NCBI GenBank assembly: GCA_013001045.1
Contig: JABDNG010000068.1
Coordinates: 7,789 to 71,788 of the forward strand
Direction of reading: 5' to 3'
DNA length: 64,000 bases
Source of the DNA: Woeseiaceae bacterium
GTDB lineage: Bacteria > Pseudomonadota > Gammaproteobacteria > Steroidobacterales > Woeseiaceae
In this document: positions 40,444-49,520 of the stretch, in pieces
Numbering within the stretch: position 1 is the first letter of the stretch
Layout of the letters: each line of letters starts with the position of its first letter
The notes under the pieces: generated by a model
The model's database searches: none
The model's input: the letters and a program-made list of their open reading frames with translations, nothing else
What the model was told of the DNA's origin: nothing
Position numbers and translations under genes: made by a program

Positions 40444-41285
40444 CAGACTATTCGTTCCTCAGCCGCATAGATATTAAATGTGTCGCCACGCAGGAATCCG
40501 ACGAGCGACACGTTGAACTCACGTGCCAGGTCGACCGCAAGACTCGACGGCGCACTGATGGCGGCAAGCAGCGGCATGCCCGCCATCACGGCTTTCTGCA
40601 TGAGTTCAAAGCTGGCTCTGCCCGACACGATCAGACCGAGATCCTTCGCAGGTAGCGAGCCAGCCGATAATAGCGTGCCGATTACCTTATCAACAGCGTT
40701 ATGCCGCCCGACATCTTCGTGCGACACGATAATATCGCCGGCATCGTTGAACGCGGCGGCGGCATGTAGCCCACCGGTTTTGTCGAACGTCTCCTGTGCG
40801 GCCCGCAGTTTATCGGGCATGGCTCGAAGAACGTCCACGCGAAATCGAGTCGCGTCGGTGGATCGCGTTTGCGCGCCCGACACACGCAGCGCTTCGAGCG
40901 ATGTCTTGCCACAAACGCCGCAACTCGACGTCGTGTAGAAGTGCCTCTGCAGGCGCTCGAGATCTACCGGCACACCGGACTCGAGCTCGACCCGAATGAC
41001 ATTGTTATTGCCGCTGTCAGGAGCGGGCGGCCCACAGGGTTTTACGAAGGCAATGTCCGAGCGAGCTCGAACGATAGATTCCGTGAACAGGAATCCCGTC
41101 GCGAGCTCGGCGTCATTCCCGGGTGTTCGCATCGTGATCGAGATATTGCTCTCGGCGCGGCCATCGCTTGTTTCGTAGCCCAGGCGAATCTCCAGGGGTT
41201 CCTCCACGGCTACCCGATCATCCCGCGATCGCCGTGCCGCGCCGCGGGATTCACTGATCGTAATCGGGAGACTCTTGCCTGGCAT
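40443..41285 (-). CDS. fdhD: Formate dehydrogenase accessory sulfurtransferase FdhD
   Basis: SSCGVCGK active-site loop, GGLHAAA and GRHNA.DK motifs. Confidence 0.9.
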   Translation of the reverse strand: MPGKSLPITISESRGAARRSRDDRVAVEEPLEIRLGYETSDGRAESNISITMRTPGNDAELATGFLFTESIVRARSDIAFVKPCGPPAPDSGNNNVIRVELESGVPVDLERLQRHFYTTSSCGVCGKTSLEALRVSGAQTRSTDATRFRVDVLRAMPDKLRAAQETFDKTGGLHAAAAFNDAGDIIVSHEDVGRHNAVDKVIGTLLSAGSLPAKDLGLIVSGRASFELMQKAVMAGMPLLAAISAPSSLAVDLAREFNVSLVGFLRGDTFNIYAAEERIV

Positions 41286-41368
41286 GCGGCGCTGCTACGG
41301 GGACGTTGGCAGGGCAGTATATCCCAACGCCGCGGCCTTCAGCCGGTAATGAGAATGGTTCTCAAAAA

Positions 41369-41382
41369 TTGATCAAAATCAT
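41369..41382. promoter_or_regulatory. FNR/CRP-type box TTGATCAAAATCAT in the fdhD / HiPIP divergent intergenic region
   Basis: Matches TTGAT-N4-ATCAA at 9 of 10 positions. Lies 84 nt upstream of fdhD and about 123 nt upstream of the HiPIP start. Confidence 0.4.
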
Positions 41383-41504
41383 AAGCCTGACTCGTTTTGC
41401 CGGGGTTCAGCTACATGCATTAGAATGCGCGCCAACGCATTCACATGGTTCAGACTATTGCCGCCGGCCGCGCCGGTGCAAAACCGCACGATAAGGAGAT
41501 TCCA

Positions 41505-41828
41505 TTGAGCAAGATCGCACGCCGAAAATTCATCCAATTGTCAGCCGTCGCCGCGGCGGGTTGTTTCGTACGACCTGGAAAAGAGGCGCACGCCGGCGAT
41601 TTGCCACACCTTTCCGTAGACGACCCGATGGCAGGCGCCATGAAATACACGCATGATGCGTCGACCGTCGATCCGGCGACTCGCAACAATCCTGCCGCCG
41701 TGCAGAACTGTGCCAACTGCGCCCTGATTCAGGGCAATGACGGCGACGAATGGCGTCCTTGCCAGATTTTCCCGGGCAAGGCCGTTGCTGCAGCCGGCTG
41801 GTGTTCGGTTTGGGCTCCCAAAGCCTGA
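41505..41828 (+). CDS. hip: High-potential iron-sulfur protein (HiPIP) with Tat signal
   Basis: The TTG at 41505 is preceded by AAGGAGA (41494-41500). Has the twin-arginine ARRKFIQ and the Cys pattern NCANC...WRPC...GWCSVW. Confidence 0.85.
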   Translation: MSKIARRKFIQLSAVAAAGCFVRPGKEAHAGDLPHLSVDDPMAGAMKYTHDASTVDPATRNNPAAVQNCANCALIQGNDGDEWRPCQIFPGKAVAAAGWCSVWAPKA

Positions 41829-41854
41829 CAAAATCGTTACAATACTTCCCAGAG

Positions 41855-41880
41855 ACGCCGGCTCTTTAGCCGGCGTTTTT
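41855..41880 (+). terminator. Rho-independent terminator after the HiPIP gene
   Basis: ACGCCGGCT-CTTT-AGCCGGCGT forms a perfect 9-bp stem and is followed by TTTTT. Confidence 0.8.
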
Positions 41881-41892
41881 GGGAGAGCTATC

Positions 41893-43074
41893 TTGTTTGA
41901 AAAACTGCAGCCGGCGCCCGCTGACGCCATCCTCGGCCTGATCGCCGAACACAATAATGATCCCCGTGCCGATAAAGTCGACCTGGGTGTCGGTGTATTT
42001 CGGACCGCGGAAGGTGAGACGCCGGTGCTCGATGTCGTGAAGATCGCCGAGCAACACCTCATCGATACGCAAAGCAGCAAAGCGTATATCGGAACCGCGG
42101 GCGACGCGTCGTTTAACGCCGCGATGCAGGAACTGACGTTTGCGAACGCCTGCGACGCGGATCGCCTGGTGACGATACAGGCACCAGGCGGATCGGGTTC
42201 ACTGCGCGTGGCTGCCAGTCTGATTCTGCGAGCGAGACCGGAGGCGACGGTCTGGGTCAGCGAGCCTACCTGGGCGAATCATATGCCGCTGCTCGGTGGT
42301 GCCGGCCTGACGCTCAAGCCGTATCCCTACTACGACACAGCCAGGCACGTCATCAACGTCGATCAGATGCTGGATGCGTTGGGCCAGGTAGCGACGGGGG
42401 ATCTCGTACTGTTGCACGCCTGTTGCCACAATCCGTCCGGTCTCGATCCGTCGGAAGAGGAGTGGCGTGCGATCTCCGACGTTATCGTCGAACGTGAGCT
42501 CGTGCCTTTTGTCGACATGGCCTACCAGGGTTTTGCTGACAGCCTCGACGCGGACGCCTTCGTGGTTCGTCATCTGGCCGAGCGCGTGCCTGAAATGATC
42601 GTGACCAACTCATGTTCGAAGAACTTTGGCTTGTACCGCGATCGTGTGGGGAGCTTGTCGATTCTCGCGGCGGATACGACGTCGAGAAATACGATCAACA
42701 CCCAGGTCAACAATGTCGTCAGGACCATATACTCGGTGCCGCCGGATCATGGCGCCGTGGTTGTCAGCCTGATTCTCAATGACCCCGAACTGAGAGCCGC
42801 ATGGCGCCTGGAACTTGCGGCGATGCGAGGGCGCCTGCGTGAAATGCGGGTACTGTTGACCGATGCGCTCAAGGAAAGGGCCCCCGACCACGATTTCTCA
42901 CACCTGGTGCGGGCGACCGGCATGTTCTGTTTCCTCGGCATAACGGCCGATCAGGTTGCGCGCCTGAAAAAAGACTACGGCGTCTACATGGTCGACTCGA
43001 GCCGCATTAACATCGCGGGCATTACCGCGCACAACGTGAATTACCTGGCAGATTCGATCGCCGCAGTACTCTGA
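41893..43074 (+). CDS. Class-I aspartate/aromatic amino acid aminotransferase (AspC/TyrB type)
   Basis: The TTG at 41893 gives (M)FEKLQPAPADAILGL...DKVDLGVGV, the canonical AspC/TyrB N-terminus. Has the SCSKNFGLYRDR PLP-lysine motif. GGGAGAG lies 5 nt upstream. The track start at 41737 overlaps the HiPIP gene. Confidence 0.85.
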   Translation: MFEKLQPAPADAILGLIAEHNNDPRADKVDLGVGVFRTAEGETPVLDVVKIAEQHLIDTQSSKAYIGTAGDASFNAAMQELTFANACDADRLVTIQAPGGSGSLRVAASLILRARPEATVWVSEPTWANHMPLLGGAGLTLKPYPYYDTARHVINVDQMLDALGQVATGDLVLLHACCHNPSGLDPSEEEWRAISDVIVERELVPFVDMAYQGFADSLDADAFVVRHLAERVPEMIVTNSCSKNFGLYRDRVGSLSILAADTTSRNTINTQVNNVVRTIYSVPPDHGAVVVSLILNDPELRAAWRLELAAMRGRLREMRVLLTDALKERAPDHDFSHLVRATGMFCFLGITADQVARLKKDYGVYMVDSSRINIAGITAHNVNYLADSIAAVL

Positions 43075-43562
43075 TTCCCCGCCCAGACCAGGCGGCTGCC
43101 AGTGGTGATGTTGTAGCGACGCGCGACACCTGCGTTCAGTTCCAGAACGTAATTGACCGGTTCGATGGAGCTCAAGGACTGCAATGACAGCGGTTCGGTA
43201 TTGTGAATCACGGATGATACGGTGCCATCGCCGCGGGCAAACACTATGTCCAGCGAGATGTACGTATTCTTCATCCACATCGAGTGAATGTCTGCGTTGT
43301 CGTAGACGAATAACATGCCCGTCCGCTCGGGCAGACTCCGGACAAACATGAGACCGCGTTGTTGCTGCTCAAAGTCCGTCGCAAGATAAATGTCAAACTC
43401 GTGACGTGATCCGTCACTCGTAACGATGACCAGCTCGTCGCGTTGAAACGTCACGTCAAGACCTGTAGCGCTCGCTGTCTTTGCAGCAGGTTGTGGGCTG
43501 CAGCCGAACGCCATCGCAATAGCCGCTAAGGCGGCGAGTCGCAACCGGATCGAACTCATCAT
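43041..43562 (-). CDS. DUF192-domain protein (lipoprotein signal)
   Basis: The segment RGLMF...L....GMLFV.......MWMKNT.I.LDI.F is typical of DUF192. Has an N-terminal AFGC lipobox. Confidence 0.7.
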   Translation of the reverse strand: MMSSIRLRLAALAAIAMAFGCSPQPAAKTASATGLDVTFQRDELVIVTSDGSRHEFDIYLATDFEQQQRGLMFVRSLPERTGMLFVYDNADIHSMWMKNTYISLDIVFARGDGTVSSVIHNTEPLSLQSLSSIEPVNYVLELNAGVARRYNITTGSRLVWAGNQSTAAIESAR

Positions 43563-44125
43563 GCTGTACTCCAGTCGATGATGCCGCGGAACTCGAGTTT
43601 CGGAATCGAGATGGCGGCGTCGCCGTTAATTTCGCCAAGCGGGACTACGCAATACAGTGTGCCACTGACATCGTAGCGGTTGTCGCTATCGGCGATCGCT
43701 TCTTGAGTCGTGATGTCGGACCAGCAGGACTCGAGTGTTGGCGTACTGAAGAACCGTCCGCTGCCCTCGACGGTCAGCGTCACCACGGTCGGCGTTTCCG
43801 ACACGGCGCTGGCGGGCTTGAGCTCGGGTAATGCCAGGATGATAGCGATCTGGCTGGCGGCGGCAGGACCTGTGAAGCGCAGTCGAACGCCTTTGCCATC
43901 GGGTCGCAACATGCTCTCACAGCCGAGCTCCTCGGCTGACCAGCGGATTTGTCGCGCAATGCTGCCGTAAAGCTCGGTAGTCAGTTGACCATTGTCACCG
44001 CAATTGGGCGCTTTATGGACCAGAGGCTCAGCCGTATCGGCGTCGGGCTCCGCCGTTCGCTCGCAGCCGCCGAGTGCCGCGAGTAACGCCAGCGCCGTCC
44101 ATACCCAGGTGTTCGTTCGCTGCAT
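43559..44125 (-). CDS. Hypothetical lipoprotein
   Basis: I prefer the ATG at 44125 (MQRTNTWVWTALALLAALGGC, a lipobox). I recognise no domain. Its stop overlaps the DUF192 start by 4 nt. Confidence 0.5.
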   Translation of the reverse strand: MQRTNTWVWTALALLAALGGCERTAEPDADTAEPLVHKAPNCGDNGQLTTELYGSIARQIRWSAEELGCESMLRPDGKGVRLRFTGPAAASQIAIILALPELKPASAVSETPTVVTLTVEGSGRFFSTPTLESCWSDITTQEAIADSDNRYDVSGTLYCVVPLGEINGDAAISIPKLEFRGIIDWSTA

Positions 44126-44160
44126 ATTTCTGCTGTTTGAGTGCAATGGAATGACGTGTG

Positions 44161-44188
44161 TGCGGTCCCAATGGGGGTCAATAGTACT
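44161..44188 (-). repeat. Inverted, degenerate copy of the dispersed repeat core (see 54038-63765)
   Basis: TGCGGTCCCAATGGGGGTCAATAGTAC resembles the reverse complement of GCTACTGACCCATTGCCGCC (copy at 57666). Confidence 0.35.
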
Positions 44189-44287
44189 CAAGTCGGCATA
44201 ATTATGAGTAAAAAACACCGCGACCGGTTGGCGTGCCCACGCATCCTATCTAGAATGGCACGCCGCATTATGCATCGGAGTGATTGA

Positions 44288-45256
44288 ATGAGCGTCGCAG
44301 AACAGTTTCAGAAGCTCGAGGCACACGCCAGTAGCCTGATCATCGGGCAGGCGCATCTGATCAACAGGATGCTGATAGCGCTGCTGTGCGATGGCCACCT
44401 GTTGGTTGAGGGTGCGCCCGGGCTTGCCAAGACTCGCGCCATCAAGGTGCTCGCCGAGAGTATCGAAGGCGATTTCCATCGCCTGCAGTTCACGCCGGAT
44501 TTGCTGCCGGCCGACCTGACGGGCACGGACATTTATCGCCCGCAGGAAGGTACGTTCGAGTTTCGTAAGGGCCCGTTGTTTCATAACCTGATTCTCGCCG
44601 ACGAGATCAACCGGGCGCCCGCGAAGGTTCAATCGGCGTTGCTCGAAGCCATGGAAGAACGCCAGATTTCCGTGGGCGACAAAAGCTACCCGCTTGAGAA
44701 CCTGTTCATGGTGATGGCGACGCAAAACCCGATCGAGCAGGAGGGCACCTATCCCTTACCTGAGGCGCAGCTGGATCGTTTCCTGCTGCATGTCGAGGTG
44801 GGTTACCCGACGGTCGCGGACGAACGGCGCATTCTGATCCTGAATCGGGATGAAGCGAAGCAGGGCGAGCGAGACGCGTTCCAGCCGCCCGAATTGTTGT
44901 CGATGGAGTCCATCATGCAGGCACGCCAGGACATCCTGAACCTGCATCTTGCGACCGAGTTGGAGGAATACATTGTCAACGTGGTGATCGCGACGCGAAA
45001 TCCGGGGTCCGTGGACCCGGCGCTCGAGGGTCAGGTCCTGTACGGCGCAAGCCCCCGCGCCAGCATGGGAATCGACCGCGCCGCACGGGCACACGCCTGG
45101 CTCGCGGGACGCGATTTTGTCGGTCCGGAGGATATCCAGGCTGTCGCGCCCGATGTCCTGCGTCACAGGTTGGTATTGAGTTTTGAAGCGGAGGCTGATG
45201 GCGTCGATTCCGAGTCTGTGATCAAAGGCGTTCTGGATGGTGTCGGGGTGCCCTAG
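44288..45256 (+). CDS. moxR: MoxR-family AAA+ ATPase
   Basis: Walker A GAPGLAKT (nt 44411-44434), Walker B LILADEINRA, and about 320 aa. Confidence 0.9.
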   Translation: MSVAEQFQKLEAHASSLIIGQAHLINRMLIALLCDGHLLVEGAPGLAKTRAIKVLAESIEGDFHRLQFTPDLLPADLTGTDIYRPQEGTFEFRKGPLFHNLILADEINRAPAKVQSALLEAMEERQISVGDKSYPLENLFMVMATQNPIEQEGTYPLPEAQLDRFLLHVEVGYPTVADERRILILNRDEAKQGERDAFQPPELLSMESIMQARQDILNLHLATELEEYIVNVVIATRNPGSVDPALEGQVLYGASPRASMGIDRAARAHAWLAGRDFVGPEDIQAVAPDVLRHRLVLSFEAEADGVDSESVIKGVLDGVGVP

Positions 45257-46200
45257 TGCGCGGCTTGGACCACATTCCGGAGGATGCATCGCCGGTCAGC
45301 ATCGCTCAGGCTGACCTGATTCGGCTCAGTGGGCCGGCGAGGGCTATCGCGCTCGATGTCCTGCGCGTGAACTCGTTGCAAACCGGAGCCTACGTGTCAC
45401 ATTTTCGCGGTCGCGGTATGGAGTTCGACGAATCGCGCCCGTACCAGCCCGGTGACGATCCGCGCAGCATCGACTGGCGCGTAACGGCGCGCAGCACGAC
45501 GGCTTACACAAAGTTATTTCGCGAAGAACGCGAACGGCCCGTACTCATCGTTGTCGATCTTCGTTCCACGATGCACTTCGCAACCCAGGGTTGCTTCAAG
45601 TCGGTCAATGCGAGTCGCGCGGCTGCGCTGCTGGCGTGGGCCGCGCACCATCGCGGCGACCGACTGGGTGGTTTGATTTTCGGTGACGTCATTCATCGCG
45701 AGCTGAAACCGCGGCTCGGCCGTCAGGCTGCACTGCGTTTTGTGCACGAGCTGGTAGGTCATCCGGACTGGGAGCGACGCGACCACACCGCGCCGGATGG
45801 CGTCGAGCCGTTAACGCAGGCGATGTCCGCACTTCGACGTGTCGCCCGGCCCGGCAGCCTCGTGGTCGTGATCAGCGACTTCAACGGATTTTCGCGCGGT
45901 GCCCAGTCGTATCTGTCGAGCGTGGCACGACACAACGAGGTGCTCGCGGTATTCATGAACGATCCGCTGGAGCGAGACTTGCCGCCGCCCGGTCGGTACC
46001 GCCTCGTCTCAGCAGACGACGAACTCGCGATCGATACGTACGCGGGCGCGGCGCGGCGCGACTATCACAATGCCTTCGAAAAACGTGCGCGTGAACTGGA
46101 GGCGTTTTGTCAGCGTTATGGCGTGCACCTTTTGCCAATGTCGACCGACGATGATCCTGTCAGCACTTTGCAGCAAGCGCTTGGCCGGAGGTCACGCTGA
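45256..46200 (+). CDS. DUF58 protein (vWA-like, MoxR partner)
   Basis: The segment G.Y.S.FRGRGMEFDE.R.Y.PGDD.R.IDWRVTAR is typical of DUF58. A GTG start overlaps the moxR stop. Confidence 0.85.
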   Translation: MRGLDHIPEDASPVSIAQADLIRLSGPARAIALDVLRVNSLQTGAYVSHFRGRGMEFDESRPYQPGDDPRSIDWRVTARSTTAYTKLFREERERPVLIVVDLRSTMHFATQGCFKSVNASRAAALLAWAAHHRGDRLGGLIFGDVIHRELKPRLGRQAALRFVHELVGHPDWERRDHTAPDGVEPLTQAMSALRRVARPGSLVVVISDFNGFSRGAQSYLSSVARHNEVLAVFMNDPLERDLPPPGRYRLVSADDELAIDTYAGAARRDYHNAFEKRARELEAFCQRYGVHLLPMSTDDDPVSTLQQALGRRSR

Positions 46201-46202
46201 GC

Positions 46203-46694
46203 ATGCAAGAGACGGCACTGCCATTGCGAGACCTGCACTTGCCAGACCCGGTCGGTTGGTGGCCGCTCGCAGCCGGCTGGTGGTTTGTCTTGCTGATCGT
46301 CGCGACGGCTTTGGGCTATCTTGGCTGGCGTACTTACGCGAAATGGCGTCATAACGCGCCACGTCGTTTCGCGCTGCGTGAGTTATCGCGTTATGAAGCG
46401 GAGTATCTCGAGCATCGCAACCCGGTAACGCTCGGCAAGCAGCTGTCGGAGCTGTTGCGTCGCGGCATGCTGGCGTATGCGCCACGGGAGCAGGTCGCGG
46501 GGCTTACTGGCGAGGCATGGTTGCAATGGCTGGATCACGGCATGCCGCTGCCGTACTTTCACACCGAGGGCGGCAAGAGCCTATTGCAGCTGCCGTACCG
46601 CGATCCGGCCGGTGATTTTTCCGACGTCGATATCGATGCGTTGCTGTCGGCCGTCCGCATGCGTCTGAAGGCGCCGCTGGCGGGGTCGGCCTGA
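46203..46694 (+). CDS. DUF4381 small membrane protein
   Basis: L.DLHLP.PVGWWPLA.GWW, a single TM segment, and the position between DUF58 and batA. Confidence 0.7.
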   Translation: MQETALPLRDLHLPDPVGWWPLAAGWWFVLLIVATALGYLGWRTYAKWRHNAPRRFALRELSRYEAEYLEHRNPVTLGKQLSELLRRGMLAYAPREQVAGLTGEAWLQWLDHGMPLPYFHTEGGKSLLQLPYRDPAGDFSDVDIDALLSAVRMRLKAPLAGSA

Positions 46695-47728
46695 TGTGGT
46701 CGCTGGCGTGGCCCTGGGTGCTTATTGCACTGCCACTACCGTGGATAGTGCGTGTTCTGGCGCCGGCAGCGCGCGGACTGTCGCAGGCAGGCCTTCGCGT
46801 GCCGACGCTTAGAAGTTTCGAATCACTTAAAGACCGTTCCGATGCCGAGCAGCTACTCAACTGGCGCCTTTGGGTCGCCGTGATTGCCTGGATATTGCTC
46901 GTGCTCGCGGCGGCCCGTCCCGAACGCATTGGCGATGAACTCGATGTACCTGTCTCCGGGCGCAACCTGATGCTCGCTGTCGACCTGTCCGGCAGCATGG
47001 ACCAGAAGGATTTCGAACTCGGCAGTCGCCGCGTCGATCGTCTTACGGCGACCAAGGCGGTTGCCAGCGATTTTATTTCGCGTCGCGAAGGCGACCGCAT
47101 CGGACTCATCCTGTTTGGCGAACGCGCCTATTTGCAGGTGCCGCTGACGCTGGATCGCGAGACCGTCAAGATCTTGCTGTTGGAAGCGTTCATCGGCCTT
47201 GCGGGCGAGAAGACCGCTATTGGCGATGCAATCACGCTTGCCGTGCGTCGCGTGCATGAGCAGCCGAGAGACGCGGGCGACCAGGTACTCGTGTTGCTAA
47301 CCGACGGGGCCAACACGGCCGGCGAAGTCGACCCGCTCAAGGCGGCGGAACTGGCACAACAGGTGGGATTGCGCATCTACACGATCGGCATCGGCGCGGA
47401 GCAGCTGGAAGTGTCGTCGCTTATCGGCGGCCGACGCCGCATCAATCCGTCGGCGGATCTCGACGAAGCGACGTTGACGAGCATTGCCGAGCTCACCGGC
47501 GGGCGATATTTCAGGGCAACGGACACGGCCAGTTTGCAGGACATCTATCGGCTCGTTGATGAACTGGAGCCGGTCGAGGAACCCGAGTCCGGTTTTCGCC
47601 CCGTGACGTCACTCTTCTATTGGCCACTGGGCGGCGCCATCGCGTTGGTCACGATGATGGTTCTCGTGACCCTGTTACAACGACTGCTGCGACAACGACT
47701 GGCGGAGGTGCGGGCCGATGTTGGCTGA
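46694..47728 (+). CDS. batA: vWA-domain membrane protein BatA
   Basis: N-terminal TM segments plus a vWA domain with MIDAS DLSGSM and LLTDGANTAG. Confidence 0.85.
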   Translation: MWSLAWPWVLIALPLPWIVRVLAPAARGLSQAGLRVPTLRSFESLKDRSDAEQLLNWRLWVAVIAWILLVLAAARPERIGDELDVPVSGRNLMLAVDLSGSMDQKDFELGSRRVDRLTATKAVASDFISRREGDRIGLILFGERAYLQVPLTLDRETVKILLLEAFIGLAGEKTAIGDAITLAVRRVHEQPRDAGDQVLVLLTDGANTAGEVDPLKAAELAQQVGLRIYTIGIGAEQLEVSSLIGGRRRINPSADLDEATLTSIAELTGGRYFRATDTASLQDIYRLVDELEPVEEPESGFRPVTSLFYWPLGGAIALVTMMVLVTLLQRLLRQRLAEVRADVG

Positions 47729-49520
47729 TTTCCACTGGTTGCGACCGGAGTGGCTGCTCGCGATCCCGCTGGTGGTGCTGGCCGCCGTCATGCTGGGCCG
47801 AGGCCGCCTGACTTCGGGAAACTGGCGCGATGTTATCGATCCGGCGCTGATGCCCTACGTGTTATCGCGAGCGCCCGGCCGCGGTTCCGATTATCGCTGG
47901 TGGTTGTTTGCGATCGGTGGCGTTCTTGCGGCGCTCGCGATGGCGGGACCCGCGTGGGAACGCATCGAGCAGCCGGTGTTTCGCGCCGAACAGGCGCTCG
48001 TTGTTGCGCTGGATCTGTCGCGATCGATGGATGCGCAGGATGTATCACCCAGTCGCCTGGCGCGCGCTCGCCTGAAGATTCTGGACATACTGGAACGTCG
48101 CAAGAGTGGACAAACCGCACTTGTTGTCTATTCGTCGAACGCCTTTACGGTAACGCCACTGACGACGGACACCGACACGGTCGCAGCGCTCGTCAACAGT
48201 TTGAGCACGGATATCATGCCCAGCCGTGGTAGCAACCCCGCAGTCGCGATACAAAAAGGCCGCCAACTGCTCGTCCAGGCCGGCGTAGGCTATGGTGAGG
48301 TGTTGTTGATCACGGACGGCGGTTCCTCGGCGGCGGCTGAAAAAATTGCGCGCGAACTGAAAGCAGCCGGGTATTCACTGTCGGTGCTGGGCGTCGGCAC
48401 GCGCGACGGCGCACCGATACCGCAAGTGTCCGGCGGTTTTGTCACCGACAACCGCGGCAAGATCGCGCTGCCGCGGTTGGAAGAGACCTCACTACGCAAG
48501 TTATCGGCGGCTGGCGGCGGGCGCTTTGCCGTGTTGTCAGCCGACAACCGCGATCTCGATAGTCTCTTTTCGGGTGAGGTAGTTACGGCTGCGGCTTCTG
48601 ACGAGTCATTGGCGACCGACCGTTGGCGGGAAGAAGGACCCTGGCTGCTGTTGCTGTTGCTGCCGGTCGCCGCGCTCGCATTTCGGCGTGGCTGGGTGCT
48701 GGTCTTGCTGGTTTGCGTGTTGCCACTACCGGAGCCGGCAGAGGCGTCACTGTGGGACGACCTGTGGCAGAACAAGAATCAGCAGGCAAAAAAGCAGCTC
48801 GAGGCGGGTAATGCCGAAGAGGCCGCGGCGTTGTTTGAAGACACGGAGTGGCGTGCCGTCGCGCGTTATCGAGCCAAGGACTTCGCGGGCAGCGCGGCCG
48901 AGTTTGCCGAGGCTGGTGACACGAGAAATCTCTACAATCTTGGCAACGCACTGGCGTTTCAGGGTGAGTTCGATGCGGCCATCGATGCTTACGAGCAGGT
49001 TCTCGAAATGGAACCGGATAACGATGACGCCGCGTATAACCTGGACCTCGTAAAGAACCTGAAGGATCAGCAGCAACAACAGCAGGAAAATCAGGGCGAC
49101 GATCAGCAGTCGACCGAAAACTCCGGCGGCGAGGGCGAACAGTCGGATTCGGAAAGCCAGCCAGACCAGGAAGGTGCCGAGGGATCGTCGGAATCCGCAG
49201 ACCCGTCGGAAGAAGGCGATTCACCGCAACGCGGCGATGAGGAAATGAGCGATGACGATCTGGAGGCGCTGCAGCAGGAGTTGCAGCGCGCTGCCGAAGA
49301 GGCGCAGCAGGGTGAGGATCCGCAACAGATGTCCGAGGCGGAGCTCGCCGAGCTACGCCAGCAGCAGGAGCAACAACAGGCGATGGAGCAATGGCTGCGC
49401 CGCATTCCCGATGATCCGGGCGGCTTGCTGCGGCGCAAGTTCCGGCACCAGTATCAGCGTTCGGGCAAGGATCAGGACGGCAACGATGTCTGGCCCGACA
49501 ACGAGGTACAACCGTGGTAA
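47718..49520 (+). CDS. batB: vWA + TPR protein (BatB/BatC-like fusion) with an acidic low-complexity tail
   Basis: vWA MIDAS DLSRSM and LITDG; a TPR region (YNLGNALAFQGEFDAAIDAYEQVLEMEPDNDDAAYN); then a Q/E/D-rich tail. Confidence 0.8.
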   Translation: MLADFHWLRPEWLLAIPLVVLAAVMLGRGRLTSGNWRDVIDPALMPYVLSRAPGRGSDYRWWLFAIGGVLAALAMAGPAWERIEQPVFRAEQALVVALDLSRSMDAQDVSPSRLARARLKILDILERRKSGQTALVVYSSNAFTVTPLTTDTDTVAALVNSLSTDIMPSRGSNPAVAIQKGRQLLVQAGVGYGEVLLITDGGSSAAAEKIARELKAAGYSLSVLGVGTRDGAPIPQVSGGFVTDNRGKIALPRLEETSLRKLSAAGGGRFAVLSADNRDLDSLFSGEVVTAAASDESLATDRWREEGPWLLLLLLPVAALAFRRGWVLVLLVCVLPLPEPAEASLWDDLWQNKNQQAKKQLEAGNAEEAAALFEDTEWRAVARYRAKDFAGSAAEFAEAGDTRNLYNLGNALAFQGEFDAAIDAYEQVLEMEPDNDDAAYNLDLVKNLKDQQQQQQENQGDDQQSTENSGGEGEQSDSESQPDQEGAEGSSESADPSEEGDSPQRGDEEMSDDDLEALQQELQRAAEEAQQGEDPQQMSEAELAELRQQQEQQQAMEQWLRRIPDDPGGLLRRKFRHQYQRSGKDQDGNDVWPDNEVQPW

